A DNA stretch of 64,000 nt from Utricularia gibba (GCA_002189035.1 CM007990.1:3596001-3660000), one strand, 5' to 3'; shown: positions 37,601 through 51,917, numbered from the stretch's first letter. Notes: generated from the letters alone by a model not told the origin. Numbers and translations: made by a program.

Positions 37601-39189
37601 TACACATACTCACTCAAAGATCCGTCATATAGCCATTGACACTCACACCAATGCAATCACATGTACACTTCAACATTCTCTTCACTTAATTTCTCTACCT
37701 GGTCAACCATACTCCTCTAGAACTGAAACTCACTTTAGTGCATCACTCCCCTACTCTAGATGCATATTGTCACCGTCATTCTCAATTGCGTCAGCATTCG
37801 CATTCTATCATGTACATTGTCGACGAGATCAAGTGGTTCCACACCATAAATACATTCAAGGTGCATTTATAAAAGATGATAGTATGTCATCTATGATTTC
37901 ATTCGACTGAAGAATAAAGTAAAAAATTTCTTAGTTACACGCTTGGGCAAAACCTCGAAATCCATTGCAAACCACATAAATACAGTGCCATATTTACCAT
38001 GTAAGGAATAGTAAAGACACGTAGTATTAGATGTATGTCCTTTTCTTGACAGATCTACAAAAATGCTAGAACGTTGGTAATGGACCGTGGAGTTAAGTGT
38101 GAAAGTGAGATTTACAATGTCGCAAGGATCTATGTCCGAGATGGGGGTGGAATCAGTAGCAATCCGCATCAAAAGTGCTCGATGCTCATTGTAAGCCCTA
38201 TGACTCCACACCTTTTTTGAGATTCGGAGTCTAAGATTTCACCATTCAGTTTATGCTGCATTGCCTAAGAGAACGATTAGAACTAAGATTGGAACTAAAT
38301 CCATTAATTTGGTCCCAACCAGGAATGAAAAATGCAAACAGTGGTGCTAGTCACAAAAATGCAGAAACATACAATAAAATCTGAGTTTTGTAGCAAAATA
38401 TTAATCATTTTTTATCCTTAAACACTCAAAAAAATATGTGTTATCACCTATTGAAGTTAACTACTTTCCCCATTGAATGTTGAGAACCTTTAAATAGAAC
38501 ACTGGATATTCAATTCCACAATGTTTCCTTATTATAGATCCTGTAGTATATCCGAAGCAAATGATCTCATGGAATGCGATGCTCTATACCAATATTCTCC
38601 ATCTACAAGACATTTGAGTAAATGGATATGTTAGTAATGTTTTCAAAAATTTTTGAAACCTATTTTTTCTTTTTTAAAATTAGTCTAGAAAAGTAGAACT
38701 AATTTATTCCTTATTTTTTCAAAAATAATTTTTGTAGTATAATTTTAAAAGTAATTTTGTTAGAATTACTTTTACAATTGATAGTGTTCTAAAATAAAAT
38801 TATTTTTACTTTTTGAAAAGTAGTAGGCTTTAAAAATTTTCCAGAAAAGTGTTGTTGACAAACATTATTTAAGAAGCACTAAAAACCATGAAGAGTGGTG
38901 TTCGGGTGAGTATATGGTCTATCTACTTCAATGAAGTACTCGATACATATGAACACAATCCTTGTTTAAGCTATTGATGCTCACACATTCAACCAAGCAC
39001 TGATGCTTTCACACTCAATGCATGCAATACTCAATTCAAATACATTCAACACCATAATAATGTAGTTGTGTAATCAAATATAAAATTATCGAATTAGCTC
39101 ATTAAATTGGGTATTTTCGTGTATAAAAAGCACCACACTACATAGTAAGATATAAGGGTCTACACAATAAGCAATTATTGCCTAGTGGT

Positions 39190-39680
39190 GTATGCGATGT
39201 GCGACCTAGTCATTATATATCACTTCAACTTGCTCATCGTACCAAGCATTCCATGCTTGGTTCAAGTCAACAGAATTTATGTTGTTGTCTACGTTGTTGC
39301 TATCTCCATAAGTCCACCAGCATCTTATTCTCTAGGGATAAATGATCATCTTCTTCCTAATGTGGTTGTGGAGCAATGCAGATGCTAATATAATTCGATT
39401 CTGCATATGTATTGAATAGCAGCTTGCTGATTGAAGTATATCCCACTAGATCTTCATTAATCTTCATGCTCGTTCAATCACGTTTTTTGTTGATGTATGC
39501 ACATGCTTAAGAGCTTTTTGGCATTTTGGGGTGATTTACTTCCTTATTCCAAATCCTTCAAAGTATAATGCATACTTTGATATAGTGCCATAAATCCTTA
39601 CACGTTAGTATATCCATTATCATATAGGATTTACAATCATTACTCTCATGTTGACTATTTAGTCCTTAGGAAGATAAAAT
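39190..39680 (-). pseudogene. PIF/Harbinger transposase C-terminal relic
   Basis: DNGYTNV*GFMALYQSMHYTL..SPQNAK..H.STKNVIERA*RLMKI*WDILQSASCYSIHMQNRIILASALLHNHIRKKM. Confidence 0.88.
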
Positions 39681-40830
39681 AAAATAGAATATCACTAAAA
39701 AACACAAGGCTTTTTTTGTAGATGTATGAAAAAGAGGCAACATCAAAGTCTTAATTATATATATATACATAACTTAGAATTGAATAAATACTTATTTTAA
39801 ATTATGTTAATAATATTGTTTTGGATTTCTAATTTTTAAAATAAATATTTACTGCATTTTTATTGTATATATATATTTGTTTGGTTGTAAATGTATTAAT
39901 TTATACTTACTTTTGATAATAGCTAAATTAATTTGTATTTTATTTGTTTACCTGATTGCCATCTCTTAACACAACATTGGCTATCTTGTTAACGTAAAAT
40001 AGCCATTTACAGATTGGCCCCATTACGAAAAAAAAAAATGCAGTGGAGAAACCCCATGTCTTATAATTTCCAAATGTCACAGTTAACAAAAAGGGTTTTC
40101 TTTAACTCTCCTAAAATAGAAACAGAATGCATTCCTCGTTTCCATCCGTCTTTGTATGCCGCCCCTCTGAACCTTAATAGGGTTTCCTCATATCCATAAA
40201 CATTATGTAAATGATACTTGACACGGATCCGTCCAGAGGCGTTTCTGACTGAAGACAATCGCACAATTTAAATTTAGAAAACTATCTACTTACTTGTTTG
40301 GTAAACAAATAATTTCAAATTACTATATAAATAATATTATTAAAAAATTAAGTTTCTCATAGTATACTAAACCGTATACTATAATATCTTTTTATTAATT
40401 TTAAAATTGTATTTTAAGTTAAATTAAAAAGTTTGTACACGCCATATATAATATTATTATTAAAAAGTAAAAAGAAGAGTGAATGCTTTTCGGTGTGGTA
40501 GGTAGTTTTTTTATTTTTTTATTTTTGTCGCAGATTGGAACATGTGCTGTCGGTAACAAGCATATGCATTACACTGACAAAATAGTATTAATTTAGTCTG
40601 TAGCAAAGGTGCCAAAAATTTGCGAATTAAAATATAATACAAATTGAAAAGCATCTATGGCCTCTCGCTCGAGCCTCGAAATATTGGAAACCGGACCGGT
40701 GGATCGACTATCCGCGACGAATAAAAAAATAAAAAATAATTTTATCTGAATTGTGTGTTTTTTGTTGATAATACAATTATGGACAAAAAATAAAAAATAA
40801 TACAAAACCGACCTCTACAGTTGTTGCGCC

Positions 40831-42352
40831 TTACTCTTTGATCTGGCGGCAGTAGGCGTAAGCACGTAGCAAGTGCTTGCGAAATCGGGCAGGTTCAGTT
40901 GTACGTTTTGATGGGAAAGATAGATCCTCTTCGTGAACTCCCAGCCTTTCCTGCTAACGCTTCTCGGATTGACCAGAACGGGGTCGTCCCTGTGGTACTC
41001 CAGATACAGAGAGCTCTCCTCGGGGAGGATCTTGTAAGGCATGTACCGCAACCCGAATTTTCGAGCCGGTTCGCCGTAGTAAGAATCGGCCGCCCAGTCG
41101 GTCCCAAGAGGAATCACTTGGATGAAAACTGCGCGACGCTTCATGAAGATCAAGTGAGTCATAGCAGCTCCATGGACTCCGATCACGACGTCGCTCAAGT
41201 TCAGGAGGTGGTAGATTTTGGCGAGCTCGGTCCTTTTATTGGGGCTCAGAACCTCGACTTTGAATCCAATTTCAGTAGCCATTTTCACTAAAGCGTCTTG
41301 GTTTGTGATGGCCCTCGACACGTTCCTCGATATTATAGCAAGCTTAGACTTGTCTGGGTCATGCTCTGTTTCGAGTTTCTCTTCCTCGATGAGGCTTCTG
41401 ATACGAGGCGCATAGGCTTGCCCCAAGAGATCATGGAAGTCTAGGATCGTCTTCTGGTTCTGAATCTGTGTAGGATCGATGGTGAGCTCACCGTGAATTC
41501 TCAGTCCGACGATGGCTTCGGGGAAGCAGTGAGACCTCTGATCAGCGTAGAAGTCTATGACCGGAAACTCAGTGAGCTGAGAGATAACATCCCATACTTG
41601 GTCATCCACCAATTATGATACTCGAGTATCACAAACACCACTTTTCTGTTCATCTGCTGAGATGTGATGTACAGAGGCAAGATCCCGTCATTAAATTCAT
41701 GGTAAAGGTTGCCCGTATATCCCCGGTGGAAAAGAAAACCGCCGTAATGTCGTGACGAACGTCGCAGCGATGTTGGTCGATGCCTGAGTTGGGCTTCACG
41801 ATCAGCTCGAGCTCGTTGATTGTTTGCATCAGATCAGTCTCCCATTTTCTTGTGTACGGCCGAATCTTTTCACGCCGGAATTCGATTGATTCATTGCCTC
41901 CTCTCGACGCATCAGAAGTGTAGAGAGTTACGGAGGAAGATGCAGGATCAGTTCTCACATCCCCTTTCATCACACAGACATCTGATCTTGCACTTGTTCT
42001 ATCACAACAAAGAGTCCCTGTGATAAAAACCGAAACTTTGATTGCACCCAGAGACGTCCATCATCGTAAACTGCACCATACGAAAGAACCAGAATCTCAC
42101 CATTAGGAACGGAGGCGCAAAAGCCAGGGGGGGAGACAGAGCTTGTTGCTGTCTCAGAGTCTGGATACACAAATCAGAATTCTAAACCCCAACGTCAAAA
42201 GAAACTAAAAGCAGAGAAAAGAAAAGAAGAAGCTCACGAGTGGAGGACAGGCCAGAGGTGAGAAACAAGTACACGGGCACAAATCCCAACACAAACGACG
42301 CCAGAGCAATGTAAGCAAGGTGGAGAATCGTAGCTTTCGCTCTTCTGTTCAT
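40831..42352 (-). pseudogene. GT61 paralogue (tandem duplicate of 16671-18334) with three 1-bp deletions and a 5' deletion
   Basis: Exons 42352-42238, 42160-42101, 42017-40831 with the same splice sites as copy 1. Single-base losses at ~41721-41726, ~41591-41593 and ~40887-40889. About 85 bp containing the copy-1 start region is missing. Homology spans ~40610-42905 versus ~16400-18870. Confidence 0.85.
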
Positions 42353-42914
42353 ATGGGGGAACTCTCTGGAAGAGGTAATCAACAGAAATCAAAACACATC
42401 TGTTCAGAGGGTCGTCTGAGGGGGCGTCGTTTGTTTGCTGGAAGTGTACGTTTTTGGGGTATACCTGTCGGTGGATTCCTGAAACTCGAATTTTTTCTGT
42501 AAAGCGAATGCTGGCGCTGAAACTGGATGGAAATGAGACGCGGACTCCTCTTGAGTCTTTCGCAAGGCAGCTCCGTGCAAACCCGCCTCCGACCTAATTA
42601 ATAAATTCATTTCTAGCTAATAAACAAATACACTTAGCCCAAGCTACTCTCAATCAACCAAATTCGGATTCATGGGTTTGTTTTCAGAAATCATTATCCT
42701 CAATAAAAACTTCTCCTTTATTTACCAATAAAAAAATAAAAAATAAAAGGTTGAAATTTGAATGGGAAAAGCAAGTCAACGTCGTGTAAATAAATGGAAC
42801 TGTAATGATTAATTAATACATGATTATTCCGGACTTTCTGAAAAATCAGAATGTGGCTGGTGGCTACAAAGAATTAGAAAGAGCGTTATGGAATTTTCAA
42901 AATGCGATTGAGTC

Positions 42915-43710
42915 ATAAACATTTTTGGTTCTTCCTCTCCACCAAGGGAGGAAGAACACTTTAGCTTTCTATTTCGTTTTCTGTTTTCATGACCATTCAA
43001 GGCTAAACCTTTTTAGTTTATGGGAATATATGAAGTTTCTTTTCAAGTCTTGAGCACCAATCTTAGTTATTTGATGAATTCATTCCGGATTTTGCATACT
43101 TTCACGTATTTTGTTACATCCTTTCTGTAACGTCACCTAGTAACAATCCATGAGTAGCAGGCCACTCCTTATGGATTTTGATGAAAAGCAAGGTGAAGAA
43201 CATCATCTCCAATCCTACTGGTTCGAAAGAAGTAGCGAATTGTTTGTGATCAAGGTATTGTGGCAATGGATGTGTAGTGACCTCATGCTTGCCGCTAATA
43301 ATCGGCAACAATAGGGTACACATGCAGAATTCGGTTTTGAAGGCAATCGATGGCAATCCTCTTGTTTTCTCAATCGTCTAAGGGGGAATCACATAAGGCT
43401 ATTTTTATGTCTCCTTGTCAATCAGAGTGTGAGGAGAGTAGACTATTCCTTGCTCCTATAACCAGCTATTCGGATGGAATCAGTGAAAGCCAAGGCGGGG
43501 ATAGACAAAAGGAGGAAACGGAATCTAATTCCCAAGAACTGCATCCCGTAGTCAAGATTCATTACTTACGTTATATCTTTTATTTCTATACTTCAAAAAA
43601 CCCCTCTTACAAACCCATGACAATTTGTAAGAGTTTCTACAAAACACTTTTCACAAAACTCAACTCCCTAAAATCGACACTCATTCTACGTTTTATTGTG
43701 TTCTACGTTT
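42915..43710 (+). mobile_element. Family A LTR fragment, truncated at both ends
   Basis: Colinear with 33890-34647 (AGGGAGGAAGAACAC..CACTCCTT..GGATTTTGATGAA..GGCAATCGATGGCAATCCTCTTG). Confidence 0.85.
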
Positions 43711-44254
43711 CCTTGGGTTTTGAAGAGTTCATGAGTTTCCATGATAAATACAAAATCAAAGAAAGTTTAACTAAGGGAGTGGGCGAAAGCAAAGGTGAGG
43801 CCTCCCAAGGGATAGTTTCTGGCAATGGGATGCTCTAGTGCTTGTGAGATCCTAATGAAGGTGAAATGGTGTTGTGTTGGTTTCTTCATGATGGACCTTA
43901 ATTGGTGGCTTTGTGTCTCACGGTTCTCAATTTCCTAATAGGTGTATAGGTAAATGAGATTGAGTTTCCTATCATGGTGATCTATGGTGATGGGCTATGG
44001 AGGTAAAGCTAGCATTTTGGATGGGTGGGTCGATCCAAATCTTTATGACCCAAAATCTAGCCCACACCCAAAATTGAATGAGTCAGATAAGCTTTGTGGG
44101 CTTGTTTGGCCTGGAAAATCAAAGCAATAAAAATGAATAAAACCTAATTAAACATTATATATTAAAAAAAATTCAATATTATTTATAAGCAATAATAATC
44201 TTATATATATTATTAAAGATTCATGGTTAGCTGATCACTACCCACGGGTTTCGG

Positions 44255-44869
44255 AGAGGAGCAAGGTGGAAAGCACCAACTCATGCCTTTTTGGCAGGAG
44301 GAAGACAATGTTTTGTGTGTAGCCATAATTCAGGATCAATGGACAGGTAGTGACCTCGTACCTGGACTAATTGGGTCATTGGCAACACTCGGGCACACAC
44401 GTGCAATTCGGCCGTGAGAGTACGTTGACAGGACCTCTTATTCTCACATTCGTCCAAGGAGAAGCAACATCGGGCTATTCCCGTGCCTTCTTGCAAGAGA
44501 ATTTAAGATAGAGTAGGCAATTACTTACTCTTATAACCGAGTACTCAAGAAAACTAGAGAAGAGTGAAGACGCAATGAACATAGCTGGATAGGATTTCAA
44601 ACCCAGGAACATTCACTTTATGTAAAGTTCATCGCTTACGTTTATTTCAGTTGTTTATTCTAAACCCCTCTTATTCCCTTACTTAAGCTTCATCATCAAC
44701 GTTTCTCGCACCTTTTACTTTCAAAACCGTTTACAAATCGTGACAGTTGTATTCGGGGTACCTCACCTTTCACTCAAAAACAACTCCCTGCGTTCGACAC
44801 CCGTACTACGCTTTTGTGTTTTACGAGTTTTAAAAATATTAAAATTTGTTGTGGAAACAACACGCATCA
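44255..44869 (+). mobile_element. LTR 3' fragment of a family A-related subfamily
   Basis: Ends GAAACAACACGCATCA; closely matches 54360-54914 and, in reverse, 58480-58760. Confidence 0.8.
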
Positions 44870-44989
44870 TGGTTGTTGTGAAATGCTTAGAATATAATGT
44901 GCCAGTAATGAAAGTTGAGAAAATCAATGTTCATTCACCTTCCAATAGTCTAGAAGATCTACATCACTTCTTATAACAACGTCCGCTAA

Positions 44990-46800
44990 ATATATATCTA
45001 GTTCAAATATGATTTTCCCTTGTGCTCCATACAGCTTTTTTTTATTGAAATTTCTACAAATAATGCAGTTACATGATAACACAATTGATATTAAATACAT
45101 AATTTTAATGAAAGAAAGAAAATATTTATTTAAAGAAAAAATTTTGTGTTCATTAAAGAGTAATCTGCTCCAACTGAATCATTTAGCTCAAGTTGATCAA
45201 CATCTATTTCTGAAATGCTATATTCAGTGTAACACATTATTGAACATATCATGTCCAACAATGTGCGATTCCTCCTTTCAAAAACTCCATTCAACTTTGA
45301 TGTTTTAGGAGGTGTTGCACTCCGTACAATGTCATGTGTTTTCATATATTCTACCAATTCATCATTGAAGTATTCTTCTCCATGATCAGATCTTAGAGTG
45401 AGAATAGTTGTTTTCTTTTGATTTTCAACTTCAGCCTTAAACTTTTTTGAACTCTTCAAAGGTTTCAAACTTTCTCTTTATCAGATACAAATAACCATAT
45501 CTATTATAGTCATCTATAAAAGTGACGATGTAGTTGTAACCACCTCTAGCTTGAACATTGAGCTCACATACATCACTATGTGTCAACTTCAAAATATATG
45601 TAGCTCTTTCGAAAAGCCTTGTAAAAGGCCTCTTCATCATTTTCCCTTCAAGACAAGAGACAATAGTTGCATATGGATCTGAATCGAAATTTCTCAAGAT
45701 TCCCTTACTCCCTAACATGTGTAAATGTTACTTGAAATAAGGAAAAGCCTCAAATACCATAGATAACTCATGCCAATGAATTCCTTAGAAATCATATGAA
45801 TTTCAATGACTTTATTTGATGATATTTTGTTGTTATCTTGTCAAGATAATATATACCATTTTGTATCAAACCATATCTAACAAGTTCATTCACAAAATAT
45901 ATCATACGTATATTTTTAGTAAAATGAAACTCATATCCCATCTCGATCAAACTAGAGATAGAGATAATGTTACGATAGGTAATCGGTATGTAAAAAACGT
46001 CCTTTAACAATGAAACATGGTCATCAAATGCAACTGAAACCGATCATATGGACAACTTTGCAACACTTGGACCGTTTCCCATATGAAGGATTGCTTTTTT
46101 CGAGTGCAATAACCCTCAATCTCTCCTAGTCTTCACATGTGTAAGAATTTGAGAACTAGCACCGATATCTAATTCCCAATGAGTGATGAGCCATCCAACA
46201 CATTGGAAGAAGAAAAATGCAAACCTTTTCCTTTCTCCTTGCCCTTACTTTCCTTAATTGGCTTAAGAAAATTTAGACAATTTCTCTTCCAATGTCCTCC
46301 TTTTATTGTAATAGAAACACTTTCCTTCGCTACTAGACTCGTCCTTCTGAAGGATGGTGTCCTTCCTCTTCATGGGACTTTTCTTAATTCTCAACTCCTC
46401 ATCAACCTTCACTTTACCTTTCTTTGTGGATTTCTTCTTCTTCTTTTTCACAACGACTAGAGTAGTTCTCTTGTCTTGCTAGAAGAAGCATCATTTCTCT
46501 GAGCAATCATCAACTTGTTGTTCAAATTTGCCAATGGTGAACAATAACAATTTTACATTATGCTATTGTACATATACTATATTATATTTTTTTATTCGTT
46601 ACGAAATAGAGGGATTCGGTTCACAAAATTCTTCTAAAGCTTTTCAAACAAATTCTCAACCATTCCTTGATTTTCAAAAATGATAGAGAATTAAGTTTTA
46701 AGGAATAACTACAGTTTTTGCAAGATCTTCAATGTGGTACGCTACCCTGATATAATGAATTTCCTAGTACATAAGAAGTAGATTCTTGTATCTCATCAAC
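44990..46800 (-). mobile_element. Ty1/Copia (Angela-like) internal remnant: gag, zinc knuckle, protease region, integrase
   Basis: GKCFYYNK (knuckle), LKDVFYIP..RNIISISSL, THSDVCELNVQARGGYNYIVTFIDDYNRYGYLYLIKRKFETFEEFK, FKAEVENQ..TLRSDHGEEY..NGVFERRNRTLLDM. Confidence 0.88.
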
Positions 46801-47249
46801 TTTTTATTTCGAAAAATAACAATGATAATTTTTTGATAATTAAGAAAATTTTGTTGTTTCCAATCTCAAAATAATAGTTTACAATCATTGTTGCAAGGAA
46901 TATATTTTTTAAAAAAATTGTGGAACTATTACATATAAAAAGCATATTAGATAAAAATGAAATGATAAATTATCTTAGGTTCGACAAACTAAATTAGGTT
47001 CAGGGATTGATAATGCTGTCGGATTATCAATTTTGCTTCTAATTATACACTTTTTCAAATTATTGTTGTACATTATTTGATACTTAATTAACTTTCTTTT
47101 TCATTAGTTTAAAAAATTCAAAAGTATTAGAATAAATTAAATACACCAAAGTAAAAAAAATGAAACTTATCTCAAGAAATAGCATGAAGTAAAATCTTTC
47201 AACATATTTACAGTAGATTGATTAGATGATATCAATATTTCTTCATAAG

Positions 47250-48420
47250 CATGAAATAATATTCTCAAAGATGTTTTAACTCTATATATTTTTTCATCAT
47301 AAGTATAAGAATCAAATTTTTTATAACAATATCTCAGAAATTTTAATTTTATATTCGAATTAAGAATACATTTAAATAAAAAAGTGATACAATACTCATC
47401 TCAATACATATTCAATTTCTCGTTCATTTTTAATACTATTGATTTTATCACTTTATCTTTGTAAATTGAAAGTTGTTTATTCTTCAATTCAATCATTGCA
47501 ACTTGTATAAAATACAAATTGAAAGTAGAATACTATGAATCTGATAGTAAATTCATAATCTCATAAAATGGTCTCAATAGATCATAGATCTTCATTGCTC
47601 TCTCCAATTCATCTTTGGGTAAACTAACAAGAGAATTGCAAGCACGTTAGTATAATGCAGTGATTGCAAAATGATAATTCAGCTCAGTTAATAACATTAA
47701 ATGAATAATAATTCCATCTAATTGGTATATCTAACATTAAGAAACTTCTACTAATATCTTTCAAGCGTTCATCCAAAAAATCTTACAAATTCTCTCATTC
47801 TTTCCTATAAAGATTTAATATATTTAACACAATCTCTAATTTTTTTAAAGTAATATCTGTTACTTTCAATCCCTCCAAAACAATTAAATTTAAGATATGA
47901 TAAAAAATCACCATCACATAAAAGCCCATTTTGCATTTGAAACCTTTTTTTAAAATTCTGACCATGTCGTCATTGAATGAAATGTTATCCAATGTGATCA
48001 ACAATATTTTTGAATATATTCATCAATCTTTCAATACTCCATGTAATTTGCTTACTAATAACTCTCCATTAAGTGGACTATCTAATTCCACAAATGCAAG
48101 CAGTTTAGAGTTTAATATACAATTTTCATCAACATAATGAGTAGTCACAATCAAAAATCCTTCTATGATAACAGTCGTTCAAGTATATCATGTTAAAAAA
48201 TTCTTCCAAAAATAGAGTATAATAAAAATTTAAATAATTTATAATCATTAGCATAAATTTTCATGCAATCAGTTTTTTCTATTAATCTACTAATAGATCT
48301 TAAATCAGAATTAAAAAATTTATTTGTAGCATTGATGTGTGCTATTTTCACAACAAATTTTAATGATTTTTAAAACTCATAAAACATAAAATATATTGTA
48401 AGAGTGTTGAACATAGAAAG
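47250..48420 (-). pseudogene. hAT (Ac/RICESLEEPER-like) transposase relic
   Basis: GFLIVTTHYVDENCIL.KLLAF..PLNGE, ITLDNISFNDDMV..HILNLIVLEGL, PFYEIMNLLSDS*YSTFNLYF. Confidence 0.82.
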
Positions 48421-48429
48421 TTGTTTTTC

Positions 48430-49130
48430 TAATAAAAAGTAGAGTTACATCGAGTATAACTACCATGATTTTTAAACGGGTTTATAAAGTAAAAGATGTT
48501 AGAAAACTGTTTATTGCATGGTGGCTAATCATGGAAATGTTCAATTAGTTCACTTCATTATTTTTACATCTTAGGGATCATGACATGTTGCTAGACATCA
48601 CTCATGATCGATAATGATCGATTTTATTAATTAAGAGTTAATTAATAAATCCATTACTACGGACTTCATTGAAGAAGTCTATAGGGTCATACACAATAGT
48701 GAAGTCACTCATCAATATAAAATAGAATGATACAATTACATGAGATGTAATTGGTATAGTAGATAAATTAAATAGAGAGTTATTTTGAGATTAATATTGA
48801 TTAAATTCAAAATAAAAGATCTTATATAGATAAGATTTGGAGCATATACATATCTCCACAAGATAAGATCTTTACAGAGATTTGATTTGATATGTTATCA
48901 AATATCTATCAAAAGACTCAGATCTACAGATATGCAGATCTATCCATCATCTTCATGTTCTCTGAGAATAATCCACAAGAGGGCAATTTTCTCTACTAGC
49001 ACCTGAGGAGATCGACAGCATTCTACAGCCTTGAAAAGGTTATTGACGGAGTGCTTCACGTATGAATGTCATAGAGGCCATCTACTATTGGCGGTTGGCC
49101 AAGATTTGAGTTGGAGGTTTCTCAAAAAAA
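48430..49130 (+). mobile_element. Copia (Angela-like) LTR fragment
   Basis: Inverted homologue of 20880-21420; LTR-like 3' portion (GTATGAATGTCATAGAGGCC). Confidence 0.5.
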
Positions 49131-49195
49131 TTTTAAATTCCGCAACTTTTTTGACATGCGATGTCTACTAGAAACCCAACACATAAGACATAAAA

Positions 49196-50144
49196 TGATA
49201 GCAGTTGAAATAAACGAGTTGCAAGAGTGAAGAAGTGCAGAAAATAACAAAGATGCATAGAAAATATGTAGTAAAAGTGGCTTCACTAGGTTTTACACCA
49301 GGGTCTAACTCTAATATTACTCAAGAGAGATCATAGGCTTAAACTCAGTTTTAACATGCTTAAAAGCACACTAAAGGAATAGTAAATAAATTTTTAAACT
49401 TAAAAGCAAACATGAAGGGCTTAAATAGGAACATGTTCATAAGCTAAAATAAGGTCCACAGGGAGTCTCTCGTCCAGAGCAAATTACGAGAAATGTAACA
49501 GAAAGCATAAAAAATGTGGATTGTAATAGTAGTAAGTTCAATACAGAAATGAAAGTGCAGAACAACGAAAATAAAAGTGTCAGGCTGCTTTTGCGGGCTG
49601 TAGATTTGCTAAAAATCGAAGTTCTGGGTGGAAACATAGTCTGGAGATGTAGATCTGAGGATTGCCGGAGCTGTTCGCTGGAAAAACACAGTTCTCCTTG
49701 CTCTTGCTCCTCTCTGTTAACTCCTCATCCTTCCTCTCTCTCCTTCTTCCTATTTCCTTTTTCTCGCTCAAAGTAAGGCTATCTTCATCTTTTCCATGGG
49801 CTTCTAGAAAAAAGATCTCTGTTCCAAATCTTATCTTTTCAAAAGGCGGCTGCTTTCGGCGAAAAGTGGCTTTTTCTCAACTTTTCTGCTCATTTTGACT
49901 TGTCAACATGGAAAATGCATTGTCAATACTAACTCTTACGCTATTAAGATTTAAACATGGAGTAGAGGAAAAATGAGAGTTTTCAACTCAATTGTTTCCA
50001 ATTGACCTTGTTTTCACAATATACACATTTCAACAAACTAAATACACAAAAGTAAACAATTTAACACACTAAACAACATTTAACCCTATTAAACACACCT
50101 AAAAGCATATATAAAAACAGAAAAAGAGAAAAACAGTGTTATCA
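49196..50144 (-). mobile_element. Probable solo LTR (Ty3/gypsy type)
   Basis: TGATA...GTGTTATCA termini like family C, and a similar central CT-rich block. No matching TSD found. Confidence 0.55.
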
Positions 50145-50501
50145 CATTATCCTACAACGACTTTAGACTTGTCCTATAGTCTAAAACAGAAAAAGAGAAC
50201 AAAGACTATCTAAGACTCAGTCTGTTGAGACAACGAAAAGGTTTATGGTTCGTGCTATCCATCTAATGAGTGAAGATAAGATATAGCAAGTACGGATAAG
50301 AACAATTTCACTCAACGTAGATAATAGATGTTACTCGCATGCTTCAAGTGTTCAAAAATCACATTTGCACTAGTACCAACTTGATCCTAGCAGGCACTAG
50401 CATACTAACACTAACATGTATGAGTGTTACCTTGCAAGACACATAAGACTCATAGCAAAAGTGTGGCTGAAAATGAAAGTGAGGCACACGGATGTACTAA
50501 A

Positions 50502-51917
50502 TGATAAACGGGAATTTCCTGATATCGTTGAAAATAAAAATAGAAAATCCGTATCAAATAAATTTATAATCCCTAATCTACACAAAATATAAATTTGGAA
50601 AACTTGTATAGTGGATATCGGGGTCGATCACGAAGAGCTTGTGCTTGTTAAGTGTTTTGGTATATGCATAATTTCGGATAACAATAGGTCTTAGTGTAAG
50701 CTCGGACTAACAGTGGTAAACAAGTTCAGTAAACAAGGTAGGTAAGCAATATTAGGTTTCTACGCTAAGATAACAGGTACTGATTTTGACTCAGACTAAT
50801 ACTAGGACGCCTTAAGGATCTGCGGGTGGTGTTATGCTAAGCTTCCTAACTTAATTTATTATCTTCCTACACTCACAACTTCAAATAACCTAAGTCTACC
50901 CAGGTCATTAATCATATTTTTGGCTTAAGCTAGTCCCCAATATCATAACCAACATTGCAATTAGGTCTACCCGCATGCAAGGCATATAGAACTAGGTCTA
51001 CCCGGTTCTACTAGTTCTACCGTGGACTAACACCGACTGATCCTGTCTTGGTTTGTTGGTTTACCTCTAAACCAAGCATCTAAGTTGTAAAACTACTTGC
51101 TCCCCTCCTTAGGTCTACCCATGGTTTGTTAGGAACAAGAGTTAAGGAAGACAACTAAATTTCATCATCAACCTAAACACATACCACCCACTTCTCCTTA
51201 AGACATCCCTAAGACTCTAGCCACTAATGCTTTGGAAATAAAACACGATTTCATTCATATAAGTTGGCCAAAATGGCAGAAACATTGTAAACAAGTAAAA
51301 TGCATAAATTCGAAATGTTCAGAAAACTAGAAAGTAAATAAAGATTGTTCTTCCGCCCGTTAGCTACTGTTCACCGCCCGGAACAGTAGCACTAGACTGG
51401 GCTCCGGTGCTATTCTTGGTGATGAAGGCCTCCCTTTCCCCTTCTGGTTGGTGTTTTTCCCGTTGGGGAAGAAGACTCCCTTGCATTCCCCCTCTCTGTG
51501 TTCTTCGCTCTCTCTCCCCTTTTTTCGAATTAATTTCCTTTTCTTTTGCTTCACTCCATTGCACTGTTTCTGACTTCCAGTACTGTTCCTGACTGCCAGT
51601 ACTGCTCCTGGCTTGAACTTGCAGACTACGGTGGCAGCAGAACAATGCTCTTTGTCCTTCCCCAGATTTTGCGCCCTTCTTTGCTTGTTTTACACGCTTG
51701 CCAGTCTGATTTTCGGCTCATCTCCCTGCTGAACTTACTGAAACATCAGTAACAAGAGTTGTGGACTAAATCAAAGGATTTAGTCCACTTTTCAACATAA
51801 TCACATAGGATTAACATAAACATCACTAAATCATTAAAAACCATATTTATCTAACTCAAACCACAATAAAATATAGCTATTTTGTGTTATAAATTTCAGG
51901 AAAAATGTGTGTTATCA
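50502..51917 (-). mobile_element. Solo LTR (family C), 1416 bp, perfect TSD CTAAA
   Basis: TGATAAACG...GTGTTATCA; CTAAA at 50497-50501 and 51918-51922. Confidence 0.9.
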
